A program made the position numbers and the translations under genes. The notes beneath the pieces are model-generated. The model ran no database searches. It was not told the DNA's origin and saw nothing but the letters and a program-made list of their open reading frames with translations. Positions 36,529-45,796 of a stretch of 50,748 nucleotides of DNA are shown here, piece after piece. Positions within the stretch are counted from its first letter, which is position 1; every line of letters starts with the position of its first letter. The stretch comes from Candidatus Aegiribacteria sp. (lineage in GTDB: Bacteria > Fermentibacterota > Fermentibacteria > Fermentibacterales > JCC-6): positions 1 through 50,748 of the forward strand of contig JAWOBF010000038.1 in assembly GCA_046498225.1 (NCBI GenBank), read 5' to 3'.

Positions 36529-37419
36529 ATGAAGACGGTGACCGTGGGAAATTTCGACGGAATACACAGAGGGCACCTCCAGGTGGTCAGCAGGGCCGGA
36601 GAGGGAGCGGGAGAGACCGTTCCGGTATGTTTCGAGCCGGTGACCAGGCAGTATTTTTCGGGTAACGGCTGGCACAGGAGACTGACAACGGCATGGGAGA
36701 GGTACAGGCTATTTAAGGACCTGGGCATGGAAAGGCTCGTGGTGGTTCCCTTTCACCCGGAGACGGTGGAACAGGAACCGGATGAGTTCCTCCGGTGTCT
36801 GCACCGAAGGGAGGGTTTCGACAGGATAGTCGTGGGATACGACTTCCATTTCGGCCGAAACAGGTCGGGTACAGTGGAATACCTGAGCCGGTGGTGTACT
36901 TCGAGGGGAATAGATACTATTATTGTACCTCCGCTGGAGATACGGGGCGAGCCCGTGAAGAGCGAAAGGATAAGACGCCTGCTGGAGCGCGGGGAGATGG
37001 AGAATGCGGAAGAGCTTCTTGGCAGGCCGTATTCCCTGACCGGAGCAGTGGCCCGGGGAAAGGGTCTGGGCAGAAAGCTCGGATATCCCACCCTGAACCT
37101 GAGGGTTCCCGGCTGCAAGCTGCTGCCCAGGTCCGGAAGTTACCGCGGCCTGGTGCACTCCGGCGATGAACAGGAACCGATGCCCGCGGCGGTGTTCGTT
37201 CCGGAAACTGTTACCGGGCCGGTGGAGGCGTGTATTCCGGACAGGCGGCTGAAGGATTCCTACGGCAGCCTGGCCAGAGTGGAACTGCAGAGCAGGATAA
37301 GGAGCAAGGCGGACCCGGTCACTGCCGGGGAGCTGAAGGAGTTGATCGCCGGCGACATCGAAGTGGTCAGGCGGGCGAAAGAAAGCAGGAAGGGACGAAT
37401 GGAGGACCCTGAACGATGA
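36529..37419 (+). CDS. ribF: Riboflavin kinase/FAD synthetase
   Basis: [35 protein letters not shown]; synteny. Confidence 0.9.
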   Translation: MKTVTVGNFDGIHRGHLQVVSRAGEGAGETVPVCFEPVTRQYFSGNGWHRRLTTAWERYRLFKDLGMERLVVVPFHPETVEQEPDEFLRCLHRREGFDRIVVGYDFHFGRNRSGTVEYLSRWCTSRGIDTIIVPPLEIRGEPVKSERIRRLLERGEMENAEELLGRPYSLTGAVARGKGLGRKLGYPTLNLRVPGCKLLPRSGSYRGLVHSGDEQEPMPAAVFVPETVTGPVEACIPDRRLKDSYGSLARVELQSRIRSKADPVTAGELKELIAGDIEVVRRAKESRKGRMEDPER

Positions 37420-37685
37420 GCATCACAGCAGAAAAGAGAGCCGAGCTGGTAAAGCAGTTCGGAGAGAACGAGAGGGACACCGGCAAGGCCGAGGTCCAGA
37501 TAGCGCTGCTCACGGAGAGGATAAAGAACCTCACCGAGCACAGCAAGCTTCACAAGAAGGACCACAACAGCAGAAGAGGTCTTCTGCAGCTGGTGGGCCA
37601 GAGAAGGAAGCTGCTGAATTACCTCAGCGGCCGTGACGTCGAGCGGTACAGGTCGATAGTACAGGAGCTGGGGCTCAGGAGATAG
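37416..37685 (+). CDS. rpsO: 30S ribosomal protein S15
   Basis: [16 protein letters not shown]...HKKD.NSRRGL...VGQRR.LL.YL. Confidence 0.98.
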   Translation: MSITAEKRAELVKQFGENERDTGKAEVQIALLTERIKNLTEHSKLHKKDHNSRRGLLQLVGQRRKLLNYLSGRDVERYRSIVQELGLRR

Positions 37686-37803
37686 CATCAACAGCGAATA
37701 CAGCTCACTGGGAGAATTGGTTTTCAATTTAGGTGATGCATGTAGGAAGTTGCTCCGGCATGGTGTCGGAGAGAGTAGAGAAGAAAAGGAAAACAAGAGG
37801 ATA

Positions 37804-39912
37804 ATGAAAAAAGTAGTTGAGAGAGAAATAGCAGGCAGAACACTTAGAATTGAAACCGGTAGAATGGCCAAGCAGGCCGACGGAGCGGTATACGTTACAT
37901 ACGGGGGTTCGGCCGTTCTTGTGGCGGCCACCTCGGGAGGTCTGCGCGACCTTCCCTTCTTTCCCCTTACCATCGAGTACAGGGAGAGGACCTACGCCGC
38001 GGGCAAGATACCCGGAGGGTTCTTCAAGCGGGAGGGAAGACCTCAGGAGAAAGAGGTCCTTACCGCCAGGCTCATAGACAGGCCCCTCAGGCCTCTCTTC
38101 CCCGCGGAGTACATGGAGGAGACCCAGGTATACATCCTGGTGCTGAGCTCCGACAACGAGAACGATCCCAGTCTGCTGGGAATGCTGGGCGCTTCATCGG
38201 CACTGATGATATCCGACATCCCCTGGGACGGGCCGGTATCCTCGGTAAAGGTGGGCAGAGTGAACGGTGAACTCATTGTTAACCCTGCCGCAAGCCAGCA
38301 GGAAGAGAGCGACCTGGACCTGGTAGTGGCCGTAAAGGGCACCGACGTCGTGATGCTGGAAGGCTCCAGCGACCAGCTTTCCGAGGAGGAGATACTGGAA
38401 GCGATCAAACTGGCCTCCAGCGAAGCGGCGAAGATCAACGAGATGCAGAAGGACCTTCAGAAGCAGGCCGGCAGGGAGAAGAGGGCCATAGAGCAGCCCT
38501 TCAGGGCACCAGAAGGATTTCAGGAAGACGTTAACCGCATAGCCATGCCCGAATTCGAGAAGGTATACGGCGACGGCGAGAAGAACTCACTGTCACTGGC
38601 GGCGGATGCGGCCAGGGAATCCGCGGTGGAGAAGCTGGCGGACCAGTACCCCTCGCTGGTTGAAGAAGACCTTCTTGAGAGGCTGGTTTCCGACGCGGTC
38701 AGGGAATCGGAGAAACTCTTCGCCAGGGAGAAGCTGCTTAAGGAGAAGAAGAGGCACGACGGCCGGGCGGCCGGCGACGTGCGCGACATCTCCTGCGAGG
38801 TCGGAGTTCTTCCCAGGCCTCACGGCTCGGCCCTGTTCACCAGGGGAGAGACCCAGGCGCTGGTGGCTGTAACCCTGGGCGGAGCCAGGGACGAGCAGAG
38901 GATAGACGCCCTGATGGGTGAGTACACCAAGGACTTCATGCTCCACTACAACTTCCCCTCCTTCAGTGTGGGCGAGGTCAGGCCCGCCAGGGGACCCGGC
39001 AGGCGCGAGATAGGTCACGGCCACCTGGCCGAGATGGCCCTTTCCCACGTTATGCCGCAGGACAAGGCCGATTTCAACTATACGGTCCGAATAGTCTCCG
39101 ACGTCCTCGAATCCAACGGATCATCCAGCCAGGCCACCATCTGCGGAGGTTCCCTGAGCCTGATGGACGCCGGAGTGCCGGTTTCCGACGCCGTAGCCGG
39201 AGTGGCGCTGGGGCTGGTCACCGACGGCAGTGATTACCTCATTCTGTCGGACATCGCCGGAATAGAGGACCACCTGGGAGACATGGACCTGAAGATAGCC
39301 GGAACCGACAGCGGTATCACCGCCATTCAGATGGACCTGAAGGTGGAGGGCATATCCCTGGATATCCTTCGGGAGGCCATGGACAGAGCCAGGGACAACA
39401 GGCGCTACATACTGGAGGAGATGAACCGGGTGATAAGCGAGCCCAGGTCCGAACTGAGCGAATACGCTCCCAGGGTCTACACCGTCCAGATAGAGAAGGA
39501 TATGATAGGCAAGCTGATCGGTCCCGGAGGCAAGAACATACGCGCCATCACCGAGGAGACCGGCGCCGACATCAACATCGATGATGACGGGACGGTCGTG
39601 GTACTCTCCGAGGACGCCGAAGCGGCCAGCAGGGCCCTGGAGATGATCGAGCTGTCCGCGGGAAAGCCGAAGCTGGGGCAGGTGTACGACGGAGTCGTGG
39701 CCAACATAATGAACTTCGGAGCCTTCGTGGAGATAATGCCCGGCACCGACGGTCTGGTCCACATCAGCCAGATAAGCAAGCAGCGGGTGGAAAAGGTGGA
39801 AGATGTCCTCAAACGGGGACAGCATGTCCGGGTGAAGGTCATCGCCGTGAAGCCTGACGGCAAGATAGACCTTACCATGAAGGACGTTGACCAGGAGAAA
39901 AAGGCAGAGTAG
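37804..39912 (+). CDS. pnp: Polyribonucleotide nucleotidyltransferase
   Basis: ETG.MAKQA.G, GKIPGGFFKREG, HYNFP.FSVGE, RREIGHG, ESNGSSS, DHLGDMD, KH and S1 domains. ATG 37804 follows GAGG. Confidence 0.98.
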   Translation: MKKVVEREIAGRTLRIETGRMAKQADGAVYVTYGGSAVLVAATSGGLRDLPFFPLTIEYRERTYAAGKIPGGFFKREGRPQEKEVLTARLIDRPLRPLFPAEYMEETQVYILVLSSDNENDPSLLGMLGASSALMISDIPWDGPVSSVKVGRVNGELIVNPAASQQEESDLDLVVAVKGTDVVMLEGSSDQLSEEEILEAIKLASSEAAKINEMQKDLQKQAGREKRAIEQPFRAPEGFQEDVNRIAMPEFEKVYGDGEKNSLSLAADAARESAVEKLADQYPSLVEEDLLERLVSDAVRESEKLFAREKLLKEKKRHDGRAAGDVRDISCEVGVLPRPHGSALFTRGETQALVAVTLGGARDEQRIDALMGEYTKDFMLHYNFPSFSVGEVRPARGPGRREIGHGHLAEMALSHVMPQDKADFNYTVRIVSDVLESNGSSSQATICGGSLSLMDAGVPVSDAVAGVALGLVTDGSDYLILSDIAGIEDHLGDMDLKIAGTDSGITAIQMDLKVEGISLDILREAMDRARDNRRYILEEMNRVISEPRSELSEYAPRVYTVQIEKDMIGKLIGPGGKNIRAITEETGADINIDDDGTVVVLSEDAEAASRALEMIELSAGKPKLGQVYDGVVANIMNFGAFVEIMPGTDGLVHISQISKQRVEKVEDVLKRGQHVRVKVIAVKPDGKIDLTMKDVDQEKKAE

Positions 39913-39924
39913 TCCATCGGAAGG

Positions 39925-40383
39925 ATGCGGCAGGGGATGGAAGTGGAAATACTTCTGGAGGTAATGGAGCACGCCGCAGACCTGCCCCTTCCATCCATGG
40001 CCACCCCCGGCTCCAGCGGGGTGGACCTGAAGGCTGCCGTATCCGGCGAGACGGTCATACAGCCGGGGAATACCCTTCTGGTACCAACAGGCCTCAGGGT
40101 CTGCATACCGGAAGGGTACGAGTGGCAGGTCCGTCCCAGGAGCGGAAATGCTCTGAAAAACGGCATCACGGTACTCAACACTCCCGGAACCATTGACTCC
40201 GACTACAGGGGCGAGGTCAAGATAATTCTGGCTAACCTCGGGGCCGAGCCCTTCACCGTCCGCAGAGGAGACCGGGTGGCCCAGGCGGTCCTGGCCCCGG
40301 TGGTCCGCCCCAGGTTCAGCGTGGTGGATGAGCTGCCCCGAAGCCGAAGGGGAGAAGGGGGGTTCGGACATTCAGGGCAATAG
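39925..40383 (+). CDS. dut: dUTP diphosphatase
   Basis: G.DL, RPRSG, N.PGTIDSDYRGE, R.AQ, RGEGGFGHSG. Start may be 39937. Confidence 0.96.
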   Translation: MRQGMEVEILLEVMEHAADLPLPSMATPGSSGVDLKAAVSGETVIQPGNTLLVPTGLRVCIPEGYEWQVRPRSGNALKNGITVLNTPGTIDSDYRGEVKIILANLGAEPFTVRRGDRVAQAVLAPVVRPRFSVVDELPRSRRGEGGFGHSGQ

Positions 40384-40870
40384 AGTTGCGGGATACCTGA
40401 CGCTGGCTGTGCTGGCGTTCACGTCCATGCTGCTCTCCTGCTCCTACGGGTTCCGGGGAAGCCTTCCGGAACATCTGCAGTCCGTCAGGGTCGTCCCTTT
40501 CAGAAGCCGGGTGAGCCAGTACGGGCTGGAACAGGACATAACCTCCCGGGTTACCCAGAAGATAGTCATGGACGGCAGGCTCTCGGTGGTGCTGGAGAGT
40601 GAGGATTCCCGTATAGAAGGCATGGTCGCCGCCTACGAAAGAACCCCGTATTCGTATACTTCGGCGGAAGTCGTGGAGGAGTACAGGCTGCAGATAAGGG
40701 TTGAAGTGTCCTTCGTGGACCTGCTGCGGGAGATGGATATAATAGGCGAAGAGAGCGTTACTACCTGGCTGGTATACGATCCGGACACGGAATCGGAATC
40801 CGAGGCCAGGGAGAGGCTTCTTGAGGAATCTGCGGAGGATATTGTCAGAAGATGCCTTTCAGGATGGTAG
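40328..40870 (+). CDS. lptE: LptE-family lipoprotein
   Basis: Lipobox LLSC followed by YGFRG.LP.....V.V.PF; terminal W. True start uncertain, probably downstream of 40328. Confidence 0.7.
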   Translation: MSCPEAEGEKGGSDIQGNRVAGYLTLAVLAFTSMLLSCSYGFRGSLPEHLQSVRVVPFRSRVSQYGLEQDITSRVTQKIVMDGRLSVVLESEDSRIEGMVAAYERTPYSYTSAEVVEEYRLQIRVEVSFVDLLREMDIIGEESVTTWLVYDPDTESESEARERLLEESAEDIVRRCLSGW

Positions 40871-41257
40871 GTGAATATGTCTGAAATGTTTTCGGGACGT
40901 AACGGATTATACATGCTGGTTCTCGTTATCTTCATCATGGTGGTGAGCGTAGCGGTGAAGTACGTGCAGATGACCGCGATAACCCCCGGCAGGGTCAGCG
41001 GCGAGCTGGACAGGGTATACGACCGGGTTAGCGACGTCCGACCGATGTCGCTGCTCAAGGCCCAGTTCCTTATGGAATGGGGCCGTCACAGGAATTCGGA
41101 AGAATGTTCAGCCGCGGTGGCAGCCTCCAGGGAATACCCCGGCAACGGTTTCGAGGGGGACGTTTACGTGGTCACCTATGCCGATTCCATCGAGTTCCCC
41201 GGATTCCTGCCGACGCTTACGAGGCAGTTCAGGGTCACTAAACGGCTGGGCGGCTGA
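40871..41257 (+). CDS. Hypothetical protein with single N-terminal TM helix
   Basis: Abuts both neighbours; hydrophobic stretch LYMLVLVIFIMVVSVAV. Confidence 0.7.
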   Translation: MNMSEMFSGRNGLYMLVLVIFIMVVSVAVKYVQMTAITPGRVSGELDRVYDRVSDVRPMSLLKAQFLMEWGRHRNSEECSAAVAASREYPGNGFEGDVYVVTYADSIEFPGFLPTLTRQFRVTKRLGG

Positions 41258-41436
41258 TGCCCCTTATAGATGACTGGCGACACAGACATCCAAGGAGTTC
41301 CTCGAGGGGCCGGGTGATAATCTATATTTTCCTTCTCATAGTGGTCATACTTTTCATCCTCAGGGCGGATTCCATCGTGAGAGGTTTCACCAGGATATTC
41401 TTCTCCCCGGACACAACAGAGACCACGGTGGAATGA
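41257..41436 (+). CDS. 59-aa small membrane protein (not in ORF track)
   Basis: MPLIDDWRHRHPRSSSRGRVIIYIFLLIVVILFILRADSIVRGFTRIFFSPDTTETTVE. Start overlaps the upstream TGA (TGATG); stop overlaps the downstream ATG. Confidence 0.75.
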   Translation: MPLIDDWRHRHPRSSSRGRVIIYIFLLIVVILFILRADSIVRGFTRIFFSPDTTETTVE

Positions 41437-42281
41437 TGTACCGGGTATTCGACGCCCATGTGGACACGCTGATGAGGCTGGAGAGTCCCGAGGAGTTCCT
41501 GGGCGGTTCAAGAAAGACCCATCTGGACATACCCAGGGCGAGGAGGGCCGGAGTAACCCATCTTGTAACGGCCATCTGCGCGGAGTCGGCGAAAGAACCT
41601 CTTCCTGCGCTCAGGAGGGGGTTCTCCATGTACATGAACACTCACAAACGATCCCCCATCAACATGTATCTCATGCTGGAAGGCTGCCAGCCTCTGGTCG
41701 AGCTTGACCGGACGGACGAGATCCTGCAGCGCCTTTCGCTGGCATCACTGACCTGGAACGGCTCCAACAGCCTCGGAGGCGGGATCGGAAGCGATACAGG
41801 TCTTACCGGAACGGGCAGGCAGGCGGCCCGGGAACTTTGGGAAAACGGTGTGGTCCTGGACGTATCACACCTCTGCGACCGGTCCAGGAGAGACCTTCTC
41901 TCCATGGGATGCGGGGTGGTGGCCACCCACTGCAACTGCAGGGCTGTGCACGATTCCCCGAGGAACCTGCCGGACGATGACCTGAAGGAGATAGCCGGGT
42001 CAGGCGGCGTCATCGGCATAACGTTCGTACCGTCGTTCCTGGGCGGAAGCAGATCCATGGAGGATATTCTCCGCCATCTTGAACACCTGGTGGAGCTGGT
42101 GGGAATAGAAAGCGCCGGCTTCGGCAGCGATTTTGACGGTATCCGGAACCTTCCCGAGGGAGTGAGCGATTGCGGCGTCTGGCCGGATATCTTCCAAATG
42201 CTTGACAGGAGGGGATGGCCATCCGAAGATATTGCTTCGGTGGCAGGGGACAACTGGAGACGGGTAATCTCAAACAGCTGA
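41433..42281 (+). CDS. Membrane dipeptidase family (M19)
   Basis: DAHVD, LEG, LTWN, DVSH, ATH.N, RNL.DD, GSDFDG, G.NW.RV. Confidence 0.92.
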   Translation: MMYRVFDAHVDTLMRLESPEEFLGGSRKTHLDIPRARRAGVTHLVTAICAESAKEPLPALRRGFSMYMNTHKRSPINMYLMLEGCQPLVELDRTDEILQRLSLASLTWNGSNSLGGGIGSDTGLTGTGRQAARELWENGVVLDVSHLCDRSRRDLLSMGCGVVATHCNCRAVHDSPRNLPDDDLKEIAGSGGVIGITFVPSFLGGSRSMEDILRHLEHLVELVGIESAGFGSDFDGIRNLPEGVSDCGVWPDIFQMLDRRGWPSEDIASVAGDNWRRVISNS

Positions 42282-42299
42282 AATGGAGAGAAGCGATCC

Positions 42300-43079
42300 A
42301 TGCGTTTTATTATTGCGGTACTTCTGATTTCGTTCCTGTGCTTCGGGCAGACGCCCTTTGAATTCGCCGTTGTGGAGGAGCTGGTGGGAGGAACTCCCTT
42401 CATCAGCATCATCCGCATAGAGATAAACCCGGGTGTCCCGGAACCGGGCAGGACCCAGCTGATGCTCACCACACGGGCAGGTATGGAGATGGAGGGAAGC
42501 CAGGACCTCTTTCCGGATTCATCCACCTCCACGCACGTTGTCTTCTCCGGTGTGGTGGAGTACCGGGCGGAAATCCCCGTGCGGACGCTCGACCGTATCT
42601 TCTCCGTGCTCTCCGACGCTATGGACCGTTTTCCCGGAACCGGCATCACAGACCTCGCCCTGGACGTGGTGGACATCAACGATCTCAGCTGGATAAGCGT
42701 AGGGTGCGATATTGCCTGCATAGACAGCGTCCTTCAGGGAACCATGACCCACGAGCGTTTCTGGAGAAGCGCGTCTCTCAGGGAGTTCGAGGTAGGTACG
42801 GTCCTGTTTCCCACGCGAATGCGCAGACCGCTTGTACCCGAGTGGACCGCCGTAACAGATTCAATTCCCCAGGTTTTGGAGACCGGCTGCCCGCCCGCCA
42901 GCCCCTGGAAATCACTGCTGTTCCCCGGGTGGGGCCAGCTTTCCGCCGGCAGGGGTATCGGCTGGCTCAATATCGCCGTTGAAGCGGGAGGCGTAGCTCT
43001 GCTTGCCGCAGGTGAGGACGAGGCCGGAATCGCCGTGCTGGGAGTAAATCACTTCATCAGTTTCATCGATCTGTTCTGA
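42300..43079 (+). CDS. Hypothetical secreted/membrane protein
   Basis: Signal peptide; C-terminal S.LFPGWGQ membrane motif (DUF5683-like, from memory). Confidence 0.7.
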   Translation: MRFIIAVLLISFLCFGQTPFEFAVVEELVGGTPFISIIRIEINPGVPEPGRTQLMLTTRAGMEMEGSQDLFPDSSTSTHVVFSGVVEYRAEIPVRTLDRIFSVLSDAMDRFPGTGITDLALDVVDINDLSWISVGCDIACIDSVLQGTMTHERFWRSASLREFEVGTVLFPTRMRRPLVPEWTAVTDSIPQVLETGCPPASPWKSLLFPGWGQLSAGRGIGWLNIAVEAGGVALLAAGEDEAGIAVLGVNHFISFIDLF

Positions 43080-43095
43080 GGAGAGGAATAGTCCA

Positions 43096-43404
43096 TTGAG
43101 GAGTTTCAGAAGAATTCTAAGGGTGGCCCTGATAATCAGCATTCTGCTCTGGACGGTGGGATTCATCCTCGGCAAAGGGGTCGGCTTAACCTGGACCCTG
43201 GCCGGAATGGCTTCCTACGCGGCGCCGCTGGCGGCCCTGCTGCTTATTGTCATGGCGATTACCGGCATGGGAGAGGCTCCCCAGGTAACCAGGCGCAAGG
43301 CCGGGGAGACCCTGAAGTGCGTGGAGTGCGGACGGCCCTCCGTCCCCGGCTCCAGGTACTGCAGGTACCATATGGATATCATGAGCGAAGGGGAGGACAG
43401 GTAG
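43096..43404 (+). CDS. Small two-TM protein with C-terminal zinc finger
   Basis: Two hydrophobic helices followed by CVECG.......YCRYH. Confidence 0.7.
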   Translation: MRSFRRILRVALIISILLWTVGFILGKGVGLTWTLAGMASYAAPLAALLLIVMAITGMGEAPQVTRRKAGETLKCVECGRPSVPGSRYCRYHMDIMSEGEDR

Positions 43405-43406
43405 GT

Positions 43407-44417
43407 TTGAACTCAGCCCGGAAGAGGGTGGGTCCCGGCACCCTCATTTTCATTCTGGCGCTGAGCCTGCTCGCGGCGCTGGCCGCGGGATACCTGCATT
43501 CTTCCGACTCTTCGGCGCTTGTCGAAGTCAAGAGCAGAGTCCCCGTTCTGGGAACCTTCGCCACCTTCATAGTGATCTCCGACAGCTCTGAAGCCGGGGC
43601 CTTACTCAATTCAATGGACTCCCTTGCACGCCATCTGGACGATCAGCTGGGAGTCTTCGGCTCCGGGGAGCTGTCGGCCCTGAACGCCTCCGGCAGGGCG
43701 GTCATTCCGGAACTATCCGCGGACATGAGGAACCTCCTGGACATCTCACTGATGGTTTCATCGGTTACCGATTCGATGTTCGACCCGGCGATGGGGGCCC
43801 TGGTCGCGACATGGGGGTTTCCGGAGGCCCCCGCCTTTCCGGAAAGCGCGGCTGTGGACAGCGCCCTTGCGCTATCCGGTCTTTCCATGTTACATATAGA
43901 TGGGGATACACTGGAGATGGCCCCCGGTGTCCTGCTGGATTTCGGGGCCGTAGCCAAGGGTTACGCCGTGGACAGGATATACCTCCACGCAAGGGAAGCG
44001 GGCGCGGTTGCGGCCCTGGTGGAAATCGGCGGCGAGATACGCTGCGGAGGCGACCCTTCCGTGGGTAGAACCTGGATACTGGCGATAAGGGACCCCAGGG
44101 GCGAGGGCATCCTCGAGACCATGGAACTGGAGAGCGGCGCCCTGGCCACGTCCGGTGACTACGAAAGCTGGTTCACCCACGGGGGCAGGAGGTACTGCCA
44201 CATCCTGGACCCGCGCACCGGATACCCCGAGACGGGTATCGCCTCCGTCACGGTGGTCTCCCGTGAGGCCTCTGTGGGAGACGCCCTGGCGACGGCAATC
44301 GCGGTGGGAGGAGTGCCGCTGGCGGAGAGGGTTCCCGATTCGCTGTTCAGCACCATCATCGTGGTCGCTGTAGATGAAGGAGGTGTTACGTCCGAATGGA
44401 GAATAGAGGCTCAATGA
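43407..44417 (+). CDS. apbE: FAD:protein FMN transferase (ApbE)
   Basis: LGT, FDP.MG.L...WGF, LDFGAVAKGYAVD, EIGGE, ATSGDYE, HILDPRTGYP, DALATA. N-terminal TM; TTG start 43407. Confidence 0.95.
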   Translation: MNSARKRVGPGTLIFILALSLLAALAAGYLHSSDSSALVEVKSRVPVLGTFATFIVISDSSEAGALLNSMDSLARHLDDQLGVFGSGELSALNASGRAVIPELSADMRNLLDISLMVSSVTDSMFDPAMGALVATWGFPEAPAFPESAAVDSALALSGLSMLHIDGDTLEMAPGVLLDFGAVAKGYAVDRIYLHAREAGAVAALVEIGGEIRCGGDPSVGRTWILAIRDPRGEGILETMELESGALATSGDYESWFTHGGRRYCHILDPRTGYPETGIASVTVVSREASVGDALATAIAVGGVPLAERVPDSLFSTIIVVAVDEGGVTSEWRIEAQ

Positions 44418-45412
44418 GGGAAGCGGAATGGTTCGCAGGGACGGAAGACGGATGGAAATGCGTACTCTGTCCGAGGGGATGCGAGTTCGAAGAGAACGCA
44501 AGCGGCCGGGGCATGTGCAGGATAAGGGGAGTGAGGGAGGGAATTCCCTACCTTCCGGGTTACGGGGAGTGCGTGTCCCTCTCGATGGATCCGATAGAGA
44601 AGAAGCCCCTATACCATTTTCTTCCCGGCTCCCGAATACTCTCCACCGGCCCCGCCGGCTGCAACCTGACCTGTGATTTCTGCCAGAACTGGAGCATTTC
44701 ACAGAGGGACGGCGTTCCCACAAGGTTCGTTCCTCCGCGGGAGCTGGCCGACCTGGCCCTCTCAGAGGGCAGTACTGGTATCGCCTTCACCTACACCGAA
44801 CCCACCATATGGTACGAGTACATAGCCGATTCCGCTCCGCTGGTAAGGGACAGGGGAGGGGCGGTGGTCATGGTATCCAACGGTGAGGTGAACCCGAAGC
44901 CGCTGAAGAAATACCTTGAATTCACCGACGCATGGAACGTTGACCTAAAGTCATGGTCGTCCGACTTCTATTCCAGCCACTGCACGGGCAGCAGGGAGAC
45001 GGTGCTCAGGACACTTTCCATTCTGGCGGCTTCCGACTGCCACCTGGAGGTCACATTCCTGGTGATACCGGGTGAGAACGACGACCCGGAAGAGTGGAGA
45101 GAAATGGCGGACTGGATCGCGGAGGAATGTGGAAAGGAAACCGTCTTCCACATTTCCAGGTTCTTTCCCGGATACCGGCTTAAGCGGGAACCTACACCGG
45201 TGCGCACACTTACGGAAGCCAGGGAAATATTCTCCGAAAAACTGGACTACGTGTACCTGGGCAACGTATCCACGGATTTCTCGGACACGAAGTGCCCCTC
45301 CTGCGGAGCCCTGTGCGTGGACAGGAAGGGATGGACGGTGAGCACCCGGGGCCTCAGGGACGGGAAATGCGCCTCCTGCGGCCATGACCTGAACATCGTT
45401 CATGAGCTGTGA
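44414..45412 (+). CDS. amrS: AmmeMemoRadiSam system radical SAM enzyme
   Basis: C.LCP..C...G.C, DPIEKKPLYHFLPG, GCNLTCDFCQNW, AFTYTEP, YVYLGNV, C-terminal CPSCG/CASCG. Confidence 0.92.
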   Translation: MREAEWFAGTEDGWKCVLCPRGCEFEENASGRGMCRIRGVREGIPYLPGYGECVSLSMDPIEKKPLYHFLPGSRILSTGPAGCNLTCDFCQNWSISQRDGVPTRFVPPRELADLALSEGSTGIAFTYTEPTIWYEYIADSAPLVRDRGGAVVMVSNGEVNPKPLKKYLEFTDAWNVDLKSWSSDFYSSHCTGSRETVLRTLSILAASDCHLEVTFLVIPGENDDPEEWREMADWIAEECGKETVFHISRFFPGYRLKREPTPVRTLTEAREIFSEKLDYVYLGNVSTDFSDTKCPSCGALCVDRKGWTVSTRGLRDGKCASCGHDLNIVHEL

Positions 45413-45794
45413 GTCCGAATACAGGTTCTTCCGGCCGGTCGACCTTCTTCTGCCGCTGTTAGTGATTCTTGTCCTTGTCATCCTGGGAAGTACCGGCCCT
45501 TCGTCAGGTTCGGGCCTGGAATTCCTGGAGGTCCATACCGGAGACACAACTCTCTTTCACCCCATGAACAGGGACACCCTCATGCAAGTGGAGGGGAACC
45601 TGGGAGAGATGACGGTGGTCGTGGACGGTCTCAGGGCCAGGGTGGCGGACTCTCCCTGTCCCGGTCAGGACTGTGTCCGGCAGGGATGGTTGGACAAGCC
45701 GGGTGACATGTCCGTGTGCGTTCCTTCCGGAGTCTTCCTGGTAGTATCCGAGAACGGGGAGGGGAAGACCTCCCCCGACGCGGTATCCTACTGA
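45402..45794 (+). CDS. NusG domain II-like (DUF1312) membrane-anchored protein
   Basis: N-terminal TM; SPCPGQDCV..GW......VCVP; terminal DAVSY. Confidence 0.85.
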   Translation: MSCESEYRFFRPVDLLLPLLVILVLVILGSTGPSSGSGLEFLEVHTGDTTLFHPMNRDTLMQVEGNLGEMTVVVDGLRARVADSPCPGQDCVRQGWLDKPGDMSVCVPSGVFLVVSENGEGKTSPDAVSY

Positions 45795-45796
45795 CT

